From contig JAAUSF010000003.1 of NCBI GenBank assembly GCA_012033255.1, positions 16,247-80,246 on the forward strand: a stretch of 64,000 bases of DNA. Reading direction: 5' to 3'. This document shows positions 1 to 10,313 of this stretch, piece by piece. The notes beneath the pieces were generated by a model. The model was not told the origin of the DNA. It ran no database searches and saw nothing but the letters and a program-made list of their open reading frames with translations. The position numbers were made by a program, and so were the translations under genes. Position 1 is the first letter of the stretch. Every line of letters begins with the position of its first letter. This stretch comes from Cyanobacteria bacterium RU_5_0. GTDB lineage: Bacteria; Cyanobacteriota; Cyanobacteriia; Elainellales; Elainellaceae.

Positions 1-270
1 TTTCTCCGTTAAGTCCATTACAACATTAGCCCAAGGTCTAATATTAAGACATTTAAGGTATCTTTCACTGGCAGTTGAAGATTTCACTAGGATTGGAGTA
101 GAGGCAATTTCCCTGAGCTAAGATTTGGCTGACCTGGCGATCGCGCTGTGAAAACGGATAGGAGAATACCCTACCCTAATGTGCAGTATGTCTCCATGTC
201 TGTCATGTCCCCTGCTCCCCTTGGTTAGCCAATGGCTAACGATTGCAATTAGAGAGTTTGACCCCAGGCT

Positions 271-588
271 ATGGTAACTAAAAAGCAGTTTGGCAGTTTC
301 CAAGAATTAATTTCTGGCTCTAGTAAACCCTTACTGGTTGATTTCTACGCCCCTTGGTGTGGTCCCTGCCAAATGATGGCAACGATCTTGGAAGAAGTAA
401 ACGCTGAGATGGGTCAGCGAGTGCAAATTGTCAAGATCAACACAGAAACCTACCCTGACCTGGCTTCTCGATATCAAATTTCTGCGCTGCCGACGCTGGT
501 GCTATTTAAGCAGGGTGAACCTGTGGCGCGGATGGAGGGAGTAGTACCCACAAAGCAATTGGTTCAACGATTGCAAAAATTTGCCTAA
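271..588 (+). CDS. trxA: thioredoxin
   Basis: 105-aa ORF with canonical WCGPC active site and thioredoxin-fold length; 'LVDFYAPWCGPCQM' motif. Confidence 0.9.
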   Translation: MVTKKQFGSFQELISGSSKPLLVDFYAPWCGPCQMMATILEEVNAEMGQRVQIVKINTETYPDLASRYQISALPTLVLFKQGEPVARMEGVVPTKQLVQRLQKFA

Positions 589-817
589 AGGTCGGATTCT
601 GAGCGGTCAATCCTCTACTCTAGGGGTGAAATTTAGGAAGGTCACTCTAGGGAAAGGTGTGCCATTGGTTCGAGATGCCATAGGTTAAATTTACGGGCAA
701 TTGGCTTTCAAAACCTCCAAATCCCACTCCTCTTCGGGAAGGTTGTTTTGTGAGCGGCTCAGCATTAAATCGACGTGATTAAGTTCCCTCTAGATAGGTT
801 CTCAATTCGATCGGTCA

Positions 818-1231
818 ATGGATTGGCAATTTGCCCTGAAAATTCGATCGCGATTCGGTATCTTCTATAGTCCCCTCCGTGTAAAGCAGTTAGTTCTTAT
901 GAGAGAAGACAACGACACTATTAAACTAAAATTTCCCCTTTGGCAATATTTAAATCAGCCTCTCTTCAGTCCGCAGTTTAAATCCCTTAATCCATTCCGT
1001 TTCTGGCATCTCCACAATATCGAACGGTTAAAAGCCACCTGGATGAAAAGCCATGCGGATCTGGAAGAACTTGATACCCTGATTCAATTTTTAGAAAACT
1101 GCTGGATGCATCCTTGCTGGCGTCGCGATTTGCGTCGAGATAGTGAACTGATTGAGTGGTTAGAGCGCTGCTGGATAAGGAGCTTAGGCAAATCAAAGGG
1201 GTTCTTTGACGAATCAGAAGAACGCTACTGA
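818..1231 (+). CDS. hypothetical protein
   Basis: 137-aa ORF, Trp/Cys-rich, no recognisable domain; convergent with downstream membrane protein gene. Confidence 0.3.
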   Translation: MDWQFALKIRSRFGIFYSPLRVKQLVLMREDNDTIKLKFPLWQYLNQPLFSPQFKSLNPFRFWHLHNIERLKATWMKSHADLEELDTLIQFLENCWMHPCWRRDLRRDSELIEWLERCWIRSLGKSKGFFDESEERY

Positions 1232-1237
1232 AAGCCA

Positions 1238-3019
1238 TTATTTACAGCGATAAAGCCGATATCGATAGCCATCGACTGATTCAGGGTGGGTTTCAGGAGA
1301 ACACTTTTGGCGGTTTAGAAGCATATCCAGCGAGTCATCGGGGGCATCCTGAAAATTCACCAACCACAGAGCGAGGGGACGAGGGGCGCGGTTCAAAGAC
1401 CGACGCAGCGTTTTGATGGGAGATTGAGGATGTTCGCTAAGGTGAACCAGTAGAAATTGGGGATTCGGAACAAGGTCAGTGCTGGAATGGGTTTGATCAT
1501 GCCGCATTTGCCATGCAATCCCCATCAGTCTGCCTGTTTGCCCATGAGTTTGATGGGCGATCGCGACCAAAATATTCTCCTCTAAGCCTTGAGCCAAGTT
1601 TTCTGCCGCCTCCTGCTGGATCGCCTGAACAACAACATCAGGACGATGAGTTTTCTGATAACCCAAATTGGAGATTACCGTTAATCCGCCGATGAGACTG
1701 AGCAACCCGATCGCAAGCACCGTTTTTTTGCCTCCGGTGTAAAGCCAGCTTAGCCGCGCTGAAGATGAGGCAGAATTTGATGGTTTGGGTATTTTCTCCC
1801 AGCTACTCGCAAGTGCGGCTCCAATCAAAATGATGACGGCTGGAAAGTAGACAAAGTGATAGCGAAAAGCAATGGTGAGGTCGCGATCGAGGACATATGT
1901 ACTCACAACGAACAGGCAGATCGCACTTAAGACAACGCTACTCAATACCATGATGGAGAGTCGCCGGTCTCGATTCTGGCATTGGACGCTCCATCCCCAA
2001 ATCAGTTTAGGAATTGTCCAGAGTATCAAGAAAATTAGGACAATCCCAGAGGCGATCGCTACCCCTTGAGAGACGGCTTGAATTGGCAGCAGATAGATCA
2101 TTGAAACACAACTGGCGATAATGTGGGCGATCGGGTCAAGCCACTCTAAGCCTGAGCGACCGTCTCGCTGAATCCACTGGGTGAGGGGGCTGCCTTGAAG
2201 ATCGGGCAAGAATGGGAGCCAACTGACTCCGCCAGCGATCGTTCCCCCTGCCACTGCCCAGAGTCGCCACCAATGGGAGGAAGGATACCAGCGTCCTTGT
2301 TCTTGCCAACTTTGGATCAGCCCGATGGCGGTAATCACGATCGCTTCTGCCATCAATGTCAGAATGACAAAATAGTGGGTTGCAATCCCTAGAACATTCA
2401 CCAGCACCCAGGCGATGCAGATTCCGAACGCGAGAGGGGTGCGATCGCGGATGGTTCGGGCAGCAGCAATCAAGCAAGTGAGAGAGGCGATGATCCAGAG
2501 AATCGGCAGTGTATAGTGTCGGGCTTCTTGGGCCAGATAAATCCCAAACGGCGAGACTGCCATCAGAGCGGCAGCAATCTGCCCAACGACGAGAGAACGG
2601 AAGGCGAAATGTCCTAATCCAAAGGCGGCTGGAATGGATGCCACGCCAAACAGAGCAGAGAGCGATCGTACCCCCCACACAGATACCCATCCATCCGGTG
2701 ATGGAAACAACATCAGCCACAAATGAGTCAGAACAAAATATAAAGGAGGATGATTGCTTTCGGTTAATAAATGATGAATAACTGCGCCAATTCCGGCTTG
2801 CGGATTGGGCTGCAAAGGTTGTAGCAGTTGCTCAAGGGTCAGGTTTTGATCAAGCGGAATGGTCTGAAAACTGTTGCCTAACCCAAAAACGATCGTAGAA
2901 AACTCGTCCGTCCATAGGGGTTTATCGGTAAGGTAGGTGAAGCGCAAAATCAACCCTACCCCTGTCCAAAGTGACAGCAGCAAGGGATGAAGCCAGGAGC
3001 GAGCGGCACACACTTTCAC
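1238..3019 (-). CDS. polytopic membrane glycosyltransferase (GT39 / ArnT / PMT_2-like)
   Basis: 593-aa ORF; >10 predicted TM helices in the N-terminal 400 aa, N-terminal DE-containing loop, soluble C-terminal domain; resembles ArnT/PMT_2 family by eye. Confidence 0.5.
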   Translation of the reverse strand: MKVCAARSWLHPLLLSLWTGVGLILRFTYLTDKPLWTDEFSTIVFGLGNSFQTIPLDQNLTLEQLLQPLQPNPQAGIGAVIHHLLTESNHPPLYFVLTHLWLMLFPSPDGWVSVWGVRSLSALFGVASIPAAFGLGHFAFRSLVVGQIAAALMAVSPFGIYLAQEARHYTLPILWIIASLTCLIAAARTIRDRTPLAFGICIAWVLVNVLGIATHYFVILTLMAEAIVITAIGLIQSWQEQGRWYPSSHWWRLWAVAGGTIAGGVSWLPFLPDLQGSPLTQWIQRDGRSGLEWLDPIAHIIASCVSMIYLLPIQAVSQGVAIASGIVLIFLILWTIPKLIWGWSVQCQNRDRRLSIMVLSSVVLSAICLFVVSTYVLDRDLTIAFRYHFVYFPAVIILIGAALASSWEKIPKPSNSASSSARLSWLYTGGKKTVLAIGLLSLIGGLTVISNLGYQKTHRPDVVVQAIQQEAAENLAQGLEENILVAIAHQTHGQTGRLMGIAWQMRHDQTHSSTDLVPNPQFLLVHLSEHPQSPIKTLRRSLNRAPRPLALWLVNFQDAPDDSLDMLLNRQKCSPETHPESVDGYRYRLYRCK

Positions 3020-3095
3020 TCATACCTCCCCCAACTGAAACCACCGCAATCCGGCGCTTCTATTGCCTAGGAATGAAGCGACTCCATCCATTCGT

Positions 3096-4326
3096 TTAAG
3101 CCTCTTTCAACTCTGTCGCTAGCAACTCAACGAGTGATTTAGCCAACCCATCATAATCTGCCATTGTGTTGTAGAGTTGGGCAGACAGGCGAATCAATCG
3201 GTTTGGTGTAGACCAGGGAATAATTGGAACTTCAATCCGAAACTGCTGGAATAGCTGAGTTTGTAATGATTTTGCTGAACCATTAAGCAAAGGAATGGTA
3301 GCCATCGATCCAATCATTGTGTCTGGACAAGGGAGTTGAACCCTGAGCGTTTGGCAAAGTCGCTGCCGAGCCGCCAGAGCCATATCTTGATTATGCTTCA
3401 TCAAGGCTGTCCACCCGCCAGGGAGCAATGTGCCCATAAACTGGATCGCTTCAGGAATGCAAAGAATAAGGAGTTGGGTCAGTCGTTCCTGTCCAATCGA
3501 ACTCCAAGTGAAAGCGAGAGCGATCGGGACGAGGCGAATTGGCTCCGTGACTAATCACCAGAGGGCGAATCATGAATTGTTTGTCTTCTCGCACATAAAG
3601 GAACGCAGCCCCCTTGGGACTACACAGCCACTTGTGGCAATTTCCAGTGTAATATGCCACCCCTAATTCAGCTAAATTTAGGGGGATCATTCCGGGTGCA
3701 TGGGCACCATCCACCAACACATCAATATTTCGCTGATTTAATTCGTTGATTAACGGCTTCAGGGGAAACACGAGACTCGTTTGGCTAGTAATGTGATCGA
3801 GCAATACGAGTCTGGTCTTTGCAGATACTTTATCCAGAATAGCTGATATGGCTTGCTCAGACGAATCGATCGGAAATGGCACCTCTGCAACTACTACCGT
3901 TGCCCCGACACATTGAGCCACAAAATTGAGAGCATTTCGCGAAGCATTATACTCGTGGTTGGTAGTCAACAGTTCATCTCCAGCCTGCAAGGGAGTAAAG
4001 CCACTGATGGGAAGGCAGAGCGATCGCAACACCGTATTCACTCCCGTCGTCGCATTTGGGACAAAGGCAAGTGACGCGACTTCTGCACCCACAAAATTCG
4101 CTAACGCCTGCCGTGCCGTATCCAACAAATCCTCTAACTCTACCCCAAAAAACTGGAGGGGTTCAGCTTCTAGTTTCGATCGCAGCACTTGCTGTTTCTC
4201 TAAGATGGCGATCGGGCACGCCCCAAAGGAACCGTGATTTAGAAATGTGACAGTGGGATCAAGCGACCAAAGCGATCGCCAGTGTTGGGACGCCTGGGTA
4301 ATGGGGGGTGAATCGTGATTCGTCAT
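3096..4326 (-). pseudogene. aminotransferase class V (isopenicillin-N-epimerase/cysteine-desulfurase-like), interrupted by 1-nt frameshift
   Basis: ORFs 3451..4326 and 3096..3437 are consecutive parts of one PLP class-V aminotransferase ('GNCHKW' PLP-Lys region in the 5' part; 'MGTLLPGGWTALMKHN...' in the 3' part). Frames differ by 1. Reading across the junction gives ...DPTPY|LCIPEAIQFMG if one T is removed near 3462-3468. Confidence 0.6.
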
Positions 4327-4409
4327 AATTGCAATCTACACAAACTGAGCAGATTTGAGCAAAAAGACTGTAAGCAGCAGATAGCATTATTTACCGTCCA
4401 TCATCCAAA

Positions 4410-4481
4410 CTCCCCAGGCTGGATTCGAACCAGCGACCAATCGGTTAACAGCCGACCGCTCTACCACTGAGCTACTGAGGA
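4410..4481 (-). tRNA. tRNA-Asn (anticodon GTT)
   Basis: Minus-strand sequence TCCTCAGTAGCTCAGTGGTAGAGCGGTCGGCTGTTAACCGATTGGTCGCTGGTTCGAATCCAGCCTGGGGAG: 7-bp acceptor stem, D-loop AGCTCAGTGGTAGAGC, anticodon loop CTGTTAA, T-loop GGTTCGAATCC; CCA not encoded. Confidence 0.85.
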
Positions 4482-4532
4482 TTGCGCTTACCCATAATAG
4501 CGAGAAGCAAAACCATTTGACAAGATGTGCAA

Positions 4533-4612
4533 AAATTTTCCACCTGTAAATTTTCCGTTGATTTTATCATCGGTCGGGGCAGACCCACGTGTCTGCCCTC
4601 TCAGCGATCGTC
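4533..4612. mobile_element. partial copy (left end only) of MITE-like repeat family (copy A)
   Basis: 'ttttccacctgtaaattttccgttgattttatcatcggtcggggcagacccacgtgtctgccctctcagc' matches the left TIR and core of copies at 11263, 14362, 24058. The right TIR is missing and the sequence runs into the 3' end of the ABC gene. Confidence 0.45.
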
Positions 4613-4634
4613 GCATCACCCGATCAACGTTCAT

Positions 4635-7190
4635 CTAAACCGAAGCCTGCTGTCGTTGATAAAGCGACCAATACAAGCCCTTTTGTCCGATCAACTGATC
4701 GTGCGTTCCGCGCTCTACAATCACGCCCCTTTCCATCGTCAGAATCAAGTCTGCCCGTTTCAAAGGAGCAAAGCGGTGAGCAATCAAGAACATCGTGCGT
4801 CCTCTGGAGACTCGTTTGAGGTTCTCCAAGACTTGTTGTTCGGTTTCGGCATCCAGGCTACTGGTCGCTTCGTCCAGAATCAAGATCGGCGCATCAGAGA
4901 GGAATAGTCGAGCGAGTGTGATGCGCTGGCGTTGTCCCCCAGATAGAGCCGTTCCTCGTTCACCAACATTCGTTTCATAACCGTGAGGGAGATCGCAGAT
5001 GAAGTCATGGGCAACGGCAAGTCGAGCCGCCTCAACCACCTGTTCTGCGGTGACATCGGGATTGCCCAATGTGATATTTTCCAAGATTGAGCCGTTGAAC
5101 AAGAAATCTTCTTGCAAGACAACCGCAATCTGAGGACGAAGAGAAGCGAGATCGGCACTCTTGATATCGAAACCATCGATCAAGATGCGACCGGATTCTG
5201 ATTGATAGAGTCGCTGGATGAGCTTCGAGAGCGTACTTTTCCCAGAACCGCTTCGTCCGACAATTCCAACGAACCTGCCCGGCTCCACATCAAAGGAGAT
5301 GCCTTTGAGAATCGGTTCTTGCTCATTGTTGTAGCGGAAAATCACCTGATCAAACGTGACCTGACCTCTGAGCGGCGGCAAGACGAGACCTGTTCCTGGT
5401 TCCGCTTCCGGAGCAACATTGAGGATGTCACCAATCCGATCGACCGCCAACAAGACTTCCTGCAAGTTTTGCCACAGTTGAATCAATCGCAGTAATGGAC
5501 CTGTCACCCGTCCCGATAACATTTGGAATGCAACCAACTGACCGATCGTTAGCTCCTGTTTAATGACCAACTGCGCGCCGACCCAGAGGATTAGCAATGC
5601 CGAAAAGCTAGTGAGAAAATCGCCAATGTGATTGCTGATATTGGCTGTCGTCGTAGCTTTGAAACCAGTGCGAACGAATCGGGCGTAAAGCCCTTCCCAT
5701 CGATCGCGAGAGGCTTTCTCTGCCGCATGTGCCTTGATGGAGTGAATGCCTGTCACCGTCTCAACCAGAAACGATTGGCTATCCGCACTGCGGTTAAATG
5801 TTTCATTCAGCCAGATTCGCAAAATCGGTGTTGCAACCAGTGTCAGAATCGCGAAGAGTGGAATCACCGCCAAGGCGACACCCGTCAGCATCAGGCTATA
5901 GTAGCCCATCATGACCAGATAGACGACGGAGAAAATACTATCAAGGACGACGGTTAGCGCAGTACTAGTGAGAAATTGGCGGATTTCTTCGAGTTCCTGG
6001 ACTCTAGCGACCGTATCTCCAACCCGACGCGCTTCAAAATAGGACAATGGCAACCGCAGCAAGTGACGGAATAGCTGCGCGGACAGCCCCATATCTAACC
6101 GATTTGTGGTATGGGTGAAGATGAACATCCGCAGGATGCCCAATATCGCCTCGAAAATGGCAGTTCCCAGGAGGGCGATCGCCATCACATCCAGCGTCGG
6201 CAAACTCTCCTGCACCATCACCTTATCGATGATCACCTGCGTGATTACCGGAGTCGCCAACCCCAACAGTTGCAGTGTGAAGGAGGCAATCAAAACTTCC
6301 GTCAGCAGGTTACGAAACTTCCAGACGGCAGGTAGAAACCAGCCCAGATTGAATTTGTCCTGCTTTTTGATTGGCTCCACCTGCCACAGTTGCCCATCCC
6401 AGGATTCCTGCACCAGTGGACGCGGGATACTCTCACAGGTTTGGCTAGGGTTTACCGGATCGGCAACGATTAAGCGATCGCCTCTCACCCCGTATACCAC
6501 CACCCAATGCCCTGCTTGCTGCCATTGCAACAGAGCCGGAAAATTGATGCGCTGCAAATCTTGCCAGTTGTCAACTAACAAACGGCGCATCTGTAGACCC
6601 ACTTTCTCACCGCCATTCACAATATCTTTCGGACGCTGCCCTCGTAATTGTCGCTGTACCCACTCCATCTGCACCGGCATTTCCAGGTATTGCGCCAACA
6701 TCGTCAAGCAAGCGGCAGCCGTGTTCAGCCCTGCAACAAAGGGATAGCCAGAAATCGGTCGAGGCGAATCGGAAAAATCAGGCTGGTAGCACGATCGCAC
6801 CGATATCCAGAACTTCTTAATCTCAGTTGCACTACTTGGATCACGACTCGATTGCAGAATGATATCCCACGTTGCGGTCGTCAATTCCAAAACCACTACT
6901 TCTTTGCTAGCGGCTCTGGCTTTCCAGGCATCCGACAGTCCCAACAAATCGCCAAACCAGTCTCCTGGTTCCAGCCGAACGGCCTTGCCTTCATTCGGCA
7001 CTAAGCGAACATTTCCTGCCAGCACTAAAAACTGGCTACCTGGAGTTTCCGTTGACCAAATGACCTCGCCCATCGTATAGCCACGAGTGTCTGTCTGGTT
7101 TTTAACCTGTACCTGTTGCTCTGGACTCAGCCAGCAAAGCGGAGGCCTGTCCCAGGCAATTTTGGCAGTGAGTTGGTCGTTGGTAATCAT
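4635..7190 (-). CDS. ABC transporter with N-terminal cyclic-nucleotide-binding domain and C39-peptidase-like domain (HetC/bacteriocin-exporter type, T1SS-like)
   Basis: 851 aa; cNMP-binding-like region (aa ~30-130), C39-like region (aa ~140-270), 6-TM ABC exporter domain, Walker A GRSGSGKST, signature LSGGQRQR, Walker B ILILDEATS. Confidence 0.85.
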   Translation of the reverse strand: MITNDQLTAKIAWDRPPLCWLSPEQQVQVKNQTDTRGYTMGEVIWSTETPGSQFLVLAGNVRLVPNEGKAVRLEPGDWFGDLLGLSDAWKARAASKEVVVLELTTATWDIILQSSRDPSSATEIKKFWISVRSCYQPDFSDSPRPISGYPFVAGLNTAAACLTMLAQYLEMPVQMEWVQRQLRGQRPKDIVNGGEKVGLQMRRLLVDNWQDLQRINFPALLQWQQAGHWVVVYGVRGDRLIVADPVNPSQTCESIPRPLVQESWDGQLWQVEPIKKQDKFNLGWFLPAVWKFRNLLTEVLIASFTLQLLGLATPVITQVIIDKVMVQESLPTLDVMAIALLGTAIFEAILGILRMFIFTHTTNRLDMGLSAQLFRHLLRLPLSYFEARRVGDTVARVQELEEIRQFLTSTALTVVLDSIFSVVYLVMMGYYSLMLTGVALAVIPLFAILTLVATPILRIWLNETFNRSADSQSFLVETVTGIHSIKAHAAEKASRDRWEGLYARFVRTGFKATTTANISNHIGDFLTSFSALLILWVGAQLVIKQELTIGQLVAFQMLSGRVTGPLLRLIQLWQNLQEVLLAVDRIGDILNVAPEAEPGTGLVLPPLRGQVTFDQVIFRYNNEQEPILKGISFDVEPGRFVGIVGRSGSGKSTLSKLIQRLYQSESGRILIDGFDIKSADLASLRPQIAVVLQEDFLFNGSILENITLGNPDVTAEQVVEAARLAVAHDFICDLPHGYETNVGERGTALSGGQRQRITLARLFLSDAPILILDEATSSLDAETEQQVLENLKRVSRGRTMFLIAHRFAPLKRADLILTMERGVIVERGTHDQLIGQKGLYWSLYQRQQASV

Positions 7191-7948
7191 GCCCCTACCT
7201 GTAACTTAATGGGTAGCTGCTGCATTCGTTCGGCTAGCCACTGCTCAAACAGTTCGTCCTGTAATGACTGCCTGAGTTGCAGATCGTCCAGTGATGACGG
7301 AAGAACAGCCTCGACTCGGAATAAGCCCCATCGCCCCTCCAAGCCTAATGGTCCCACTACATCACCCGGATTCGCCAAATCTACGGCTGCCCGTAACATA
7401 TCCGGCATTGAGCCTCGGCTTACAGGACCGACCATCCCATTCATGATCTTGTCATCGGTGATGGAATATTCTTTGGCTAGCTGCTCAAATTTAGCGCCCT
7501 CCTGAATTTGACTGTGCAATTCGTCTGCCAGTTCCTTATCTTCCACAATGATGCGGGAGAGAACGACGCGATCGAGGAATACCTTCCGCTCAATAAAATA
7601 TTCCTGCAATTTAGGCGCTGTCATCTCTTCTTTCAGCTTTTTTAGCTTAAAACTCATGCCCACCTGGTTGTGGAATGCCTCATAGGTCAACCCATTGCCC
7701 GACAACCACTCTTGAAATTGGTTGGCATCGGTCAGCTGATTCTGTAGCCGGAAATCAATGATCGCTTGTTCAACGATCGCCGGACTTACACCCAGTTCGG
7801 TTTGAGTTTGCAATTCTCGCTCAATGACGAATTGCCGCACAATATCGCCAATAAACGTATCTAATTTTCGATTGGCTTGTAAATATCTCAAAACTTGCCC
7901 AACGGAGATGGGCTGTTCATCAATGGTTAAAAATGCGTCGGATGTCAT
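7187..7948 (-). CDS. peptidyl-prolyl cis-trans isomerase, PpiC/parvulin type (SurA-like)
   Basis: 253 aa; SurA-N-like helical N-terminus plus C-terminal parvulin-like segment; stop overlaps ABC start by 4 nt (translational coupling). Confidence 0.55.
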   Translation of the reverse strand: MTSDAFLTIDEQPISVGQVLRYLQANRKLDTFIGDIVRQFVIERELQTQTELGVSPAIVEQAIIDFRLQNQLTDANQFQEWLSGNGLTYEAFHNQVGMSFKLKKLKEEMTAPKLQEYFIERKVFLDRVVLSRIIVEDKELADELHSQIQEGAKFEQLAKEYSITDDKIMNGMVGPVSRGSMPDMLRAAVDLANPGDVVGPLGLEGRWGLFRVEAVLPSSLDDLQLRQSLQDELFEQWLAERMQQLPIKLQVGA

Positions 7949-8078
7949 CTATCATCCATTCAAACTCCAGCAAACTCATTATGCCCAATCTCCCTACGGC
8001 TTTGCTCAATCTTTACTATTTTGTTAAGTAAAATTACGCGATCGGTTCAAGGGATGGCAGACTATTGAATAACCTAAA

Positions 8079-8174
8079 GTAGGGGTAGGTCTTGTGCCTA
8101 CCCTAAAGTGCCTACCCTGAAGGATTTTGGCACCCGCAGAGGGATACCCCTACCCAAAACACCCTAAATTCAGC
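8079..8174. repeat. small dispersed repeat, copy 1 (family shared with 25986-26069)
   Basis: 'gtaggggtaggtcttgtgcctaccct...ggcacccgcagagggatacccctaccc' closely matches 'ggtaggggcaggtcttgtgcttacccc...ggcacccgccaggaatgcccctacccc' at 25986. Confidence 0.5.
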
Positions 8175-8216
8175 AACGCGATAATTTTTTCATCCTTCAT
8201 CCCTCATCCTTCCCCC

Positions 8217-9017
8217 ATGCTCGACATCGATCTTGCCAAACAGCTTGCCGAACACGGTGTCACCCTGCCCCCGACACAGGCAGAACTTCCATACGATGAC
8301 GGTGTTCCGATGGAAACCCAACGGCATAAGCTTCAGATGGACGTGTTGCTCGACACCTTGCAGCCCTGGTTGGATGCGCGATCGGACGGCTACATTGGCG
8401 GTAATATGTTTGTCTACTACAGCATGACGCAAGTCCGAAATCGAGACTTCAAGGGACCTGACTTTTTCGCAGTATTAGGTGTCCCAAAAGGAGAACGCCT
8501 CAGTTGGGTGATTTGGGAAGAGGACAAAGCGCCAGATGTCGTGATCGAACTGCTGTCAGATAGTACGGCAACCCAAGATAAAAATGAGAAGAAACTAATC
8601 TACCAAGACCGGATGCGAGTCCCGGAGTATTTCTGGTTTGATCCGTTTAATCCAAATGACTGGGCTGGCTTTTCGCTGCAACAAGGGGTATATCAGCCGA
8701 TCGTCCCCAATGCCCAAAATCAACTTGTGAGTCAATCTTTAGGATTAGCCCTTGTTCGCTGGCAAGGCAACCATAAAGGGATCGATACAATTTGGCTGCG
8801 TTGGGAAACGCCGAACGGTGAACTACTTCCTACGGCTCAAGAGATTGCCAAACAGGAACAGCGGCAGGTTGAGCAAGAGCGACAACGGGCTGAACAAGCC
8901 GAATCGCGATTGAGGCAAGTCGTGTTGAATTTGTTGCAAACTGGGATGACTGTAGCGCAAGTCGCTCAAGTGACCGGCTTGACAGACTCTCAAATTCGAG
9001 GATGGGCTGAGCAATAG
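8217..9017 (+). CDS. Uma2-family (DUF820) putative restriction-endonuclease-like protein
   Basis: Typical cyanobacterial Uma2 signature (…GGNMFVYYS…PDFFAVLGVP…PDVVIELLSDST…KLIYQDRMRVPEYFWFDP…) plus C-terminal Q/E-rich helix and HTH-like tail. Start set at MLDIDL because the upstream part of the ORF overlaps the dispersed repeat. Confidence 0.8.
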   Translation: MLDIDLAKQLAEHGVTLPPTQAELPYDDGVPMETQRHKLQMDVLLDTLQPWLDARSDGYIGGNMFVYYSMTQVRNRDFKGPDFFAVLGVPKGERLSWVIWEEDKAPDVVIELLSDSTATQDKNEKKLIYQDRMRVPEYFWFDPFNPNDWAGFSLQQGVYQPIVPNAQNQLVSQSLGLALVRWQGNHKGIDTIWLRWETPNGELLPTAQEIAKQEQRQVEQERQRAEQAESRLRQVVLNLLQTGMTVAQVAQVTGLTDSQIRGWAEQ

Positions 9018-9224
9018 TGTTACTGATTGTTAAAAATCAGGTATTTCTACTTGAGCAAATAATCTTGGAGAAGTAGGCTGAGGGCAACAAGTCCAGGAGC
9101 AGGCATCTGAAGTGATGGCAAGGCTGATAAGAAACTTGACCTCAATATTGATCCCGAAGAGATCCTAAATACCCTTAAAATAATTAAACCATCAATCTAC
9201 CCGTCCCCGCAGCCAGGAGGTTTT

Positions 9225-10187
9225 ATGTCCAATCGCCCAATTATCCTTGGCATTGTCGGTGACAGTGCTGCTGGAAAAACAACGCTAACGCGAGGAATTG
9301 CTCAAGTATTGGGCGAAAATGATGTCACTATCATCTGTACGGATGATTACCACAAGTACGATCGCAAACAACGGGCTGAGCTAGGGATCTCCGCAATCCA
9401 TCCTGATTGCAACTATCTTGACATTATTCAACAGCACTTAAGCCTGCTGCGGACGGGACAACCCATTCTCAAACCCATCTACAACCACGGTACAGGTACA
9501 TTTGACCCACCAGAGTATATCAAGCCCAATAAATTTGTGATTGTTGAAGGATTGCTGGGCTACTCGACTCGCGGAATGCGAGATAGCTACGATATCAAAG
9601 TTTATCTTGCTCCTCCTGAAGATCTCCGCGCCATCTGGAAAGTGAAGCGTGATACTCGTAAGCGTGGCTACAGCGAAGCAGAAGTTTTGGAACAGTTACG
9701 GAAGCGCGAACCCGACTCAGACGCATTCATCCGTCCTCAGCGTCAGTGGGCAGATGTGATTGTCACCTTCTATCCCTCCAATGGTGGAACGCCTCAAGAT
9801 GACTTACTCCTGAATGTTCGCTTAGTGCTGCGACCTACGATTCCGCATCCGGATCTCACCACAGTTCTGAACCCAGATGGTGGTCGGTTAGGTGCGGCGG
9901 TGCGCTTGGGACTCGATCGCGACATGGGCAAACCCGTGGATTTGTTGGAAATTGACGGACATGCTACGGCTGAGCAAGTGAGAGAGCTAGAGCGGGTGCT
10001 TTGTAATGAAGTCCCTTATTTAGGGCAGTTTTGCAGCTTGGATGGGAATGCAGACATCGGTAAAGTTGTGGGTACAACAGGCGAAACTCTCCAAAGCTAT
10101 CCCCTGGCATTAACGCAACTTCTGATTACCTACCATATGCTCAAAGCCATGTCTCTGCCACGAGAGAACGCCTCCATTATCGCCTGA
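9225..10187 (+). CDS. phosphoribulokinase/uridine-kinase family protein (PRK-like)
   Basis: P-loop GDSAAGKTT, PRK-type motifs (ICTDDYHKYDRKQR, KPIYNHGTG, VIVEGLL); C-terminal half diverges from canonical cyanobacterial Prk; AGGAGG Shine-Dalgarno 10 nt upstream. Confidence 0.7.
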   Translation: MSNRPIILGIVGDSAAGKTTLTRGIAQVLGENDVTIICTDDYHKYDRKQRAELGISAIHPDCNYLDIIQQHLSLLRTGQPILKPIYNHGTGTFDPPEYIKPNKFVIVEGLLGYSTRGMRDSYDIKVYLAPPEDLRAIWKVKRDTRKRGYSEAEVLEQLRKREPDSDAFIRPQRQWADVIVTFYPSNGGTPQDDLLLNVRLVLRPTIPHPDLTTVLNPDGGRLGAAVRLGLDRDMGKPVDLLEIDGHATAEQVRELERVLCNEVPYLGQFCSLDGNADIGKVVGTTGETLQSYPLALTQLLITYHMLKAMSLPRENASIIA

Positions 10188-10313
10188 GAGGATTTTGAAA
10201 AGTGCTGAGAAATGAAGACTGAGAAATGAAGACTGAGGACTGAGAAATGGCTTAAATTCAGCACTCAGCACTCAACACTGTCCCAACCCTAATCCTGGCT
10301 TTTTAAGCAGATT

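Noticed and set aside
2136-2720. 194-aa minus-strand ORF and several plus-strand ORFs inside 1238..3019
   Set aside because: They overlap the long, TM-rich glycosyltransferase ORF in other frames. They are Arg/Cys-rich, typical of an out-of-frame reading of GC-rich coding DNA.
4527-4980. Plus-strand ORFs 4527..4907, 4589..4819 and 4795..4980
   Set aside because: They are antisense to the 3' end of the well-supported ABC transporter gene, or inside the partial MITE copy. They have no motifs.
10188-10313. Tandem 14-bp repeat (ctgagaaatgaaga x2) and agtgctgag/ctcagcact inverted repeat between the PRK-like gene and lipA
   Set aside because: It is probably just a bidirectional terminator region between convergent genes. 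The stem has a very long loop and there is no recurrence elsewhere in the window.
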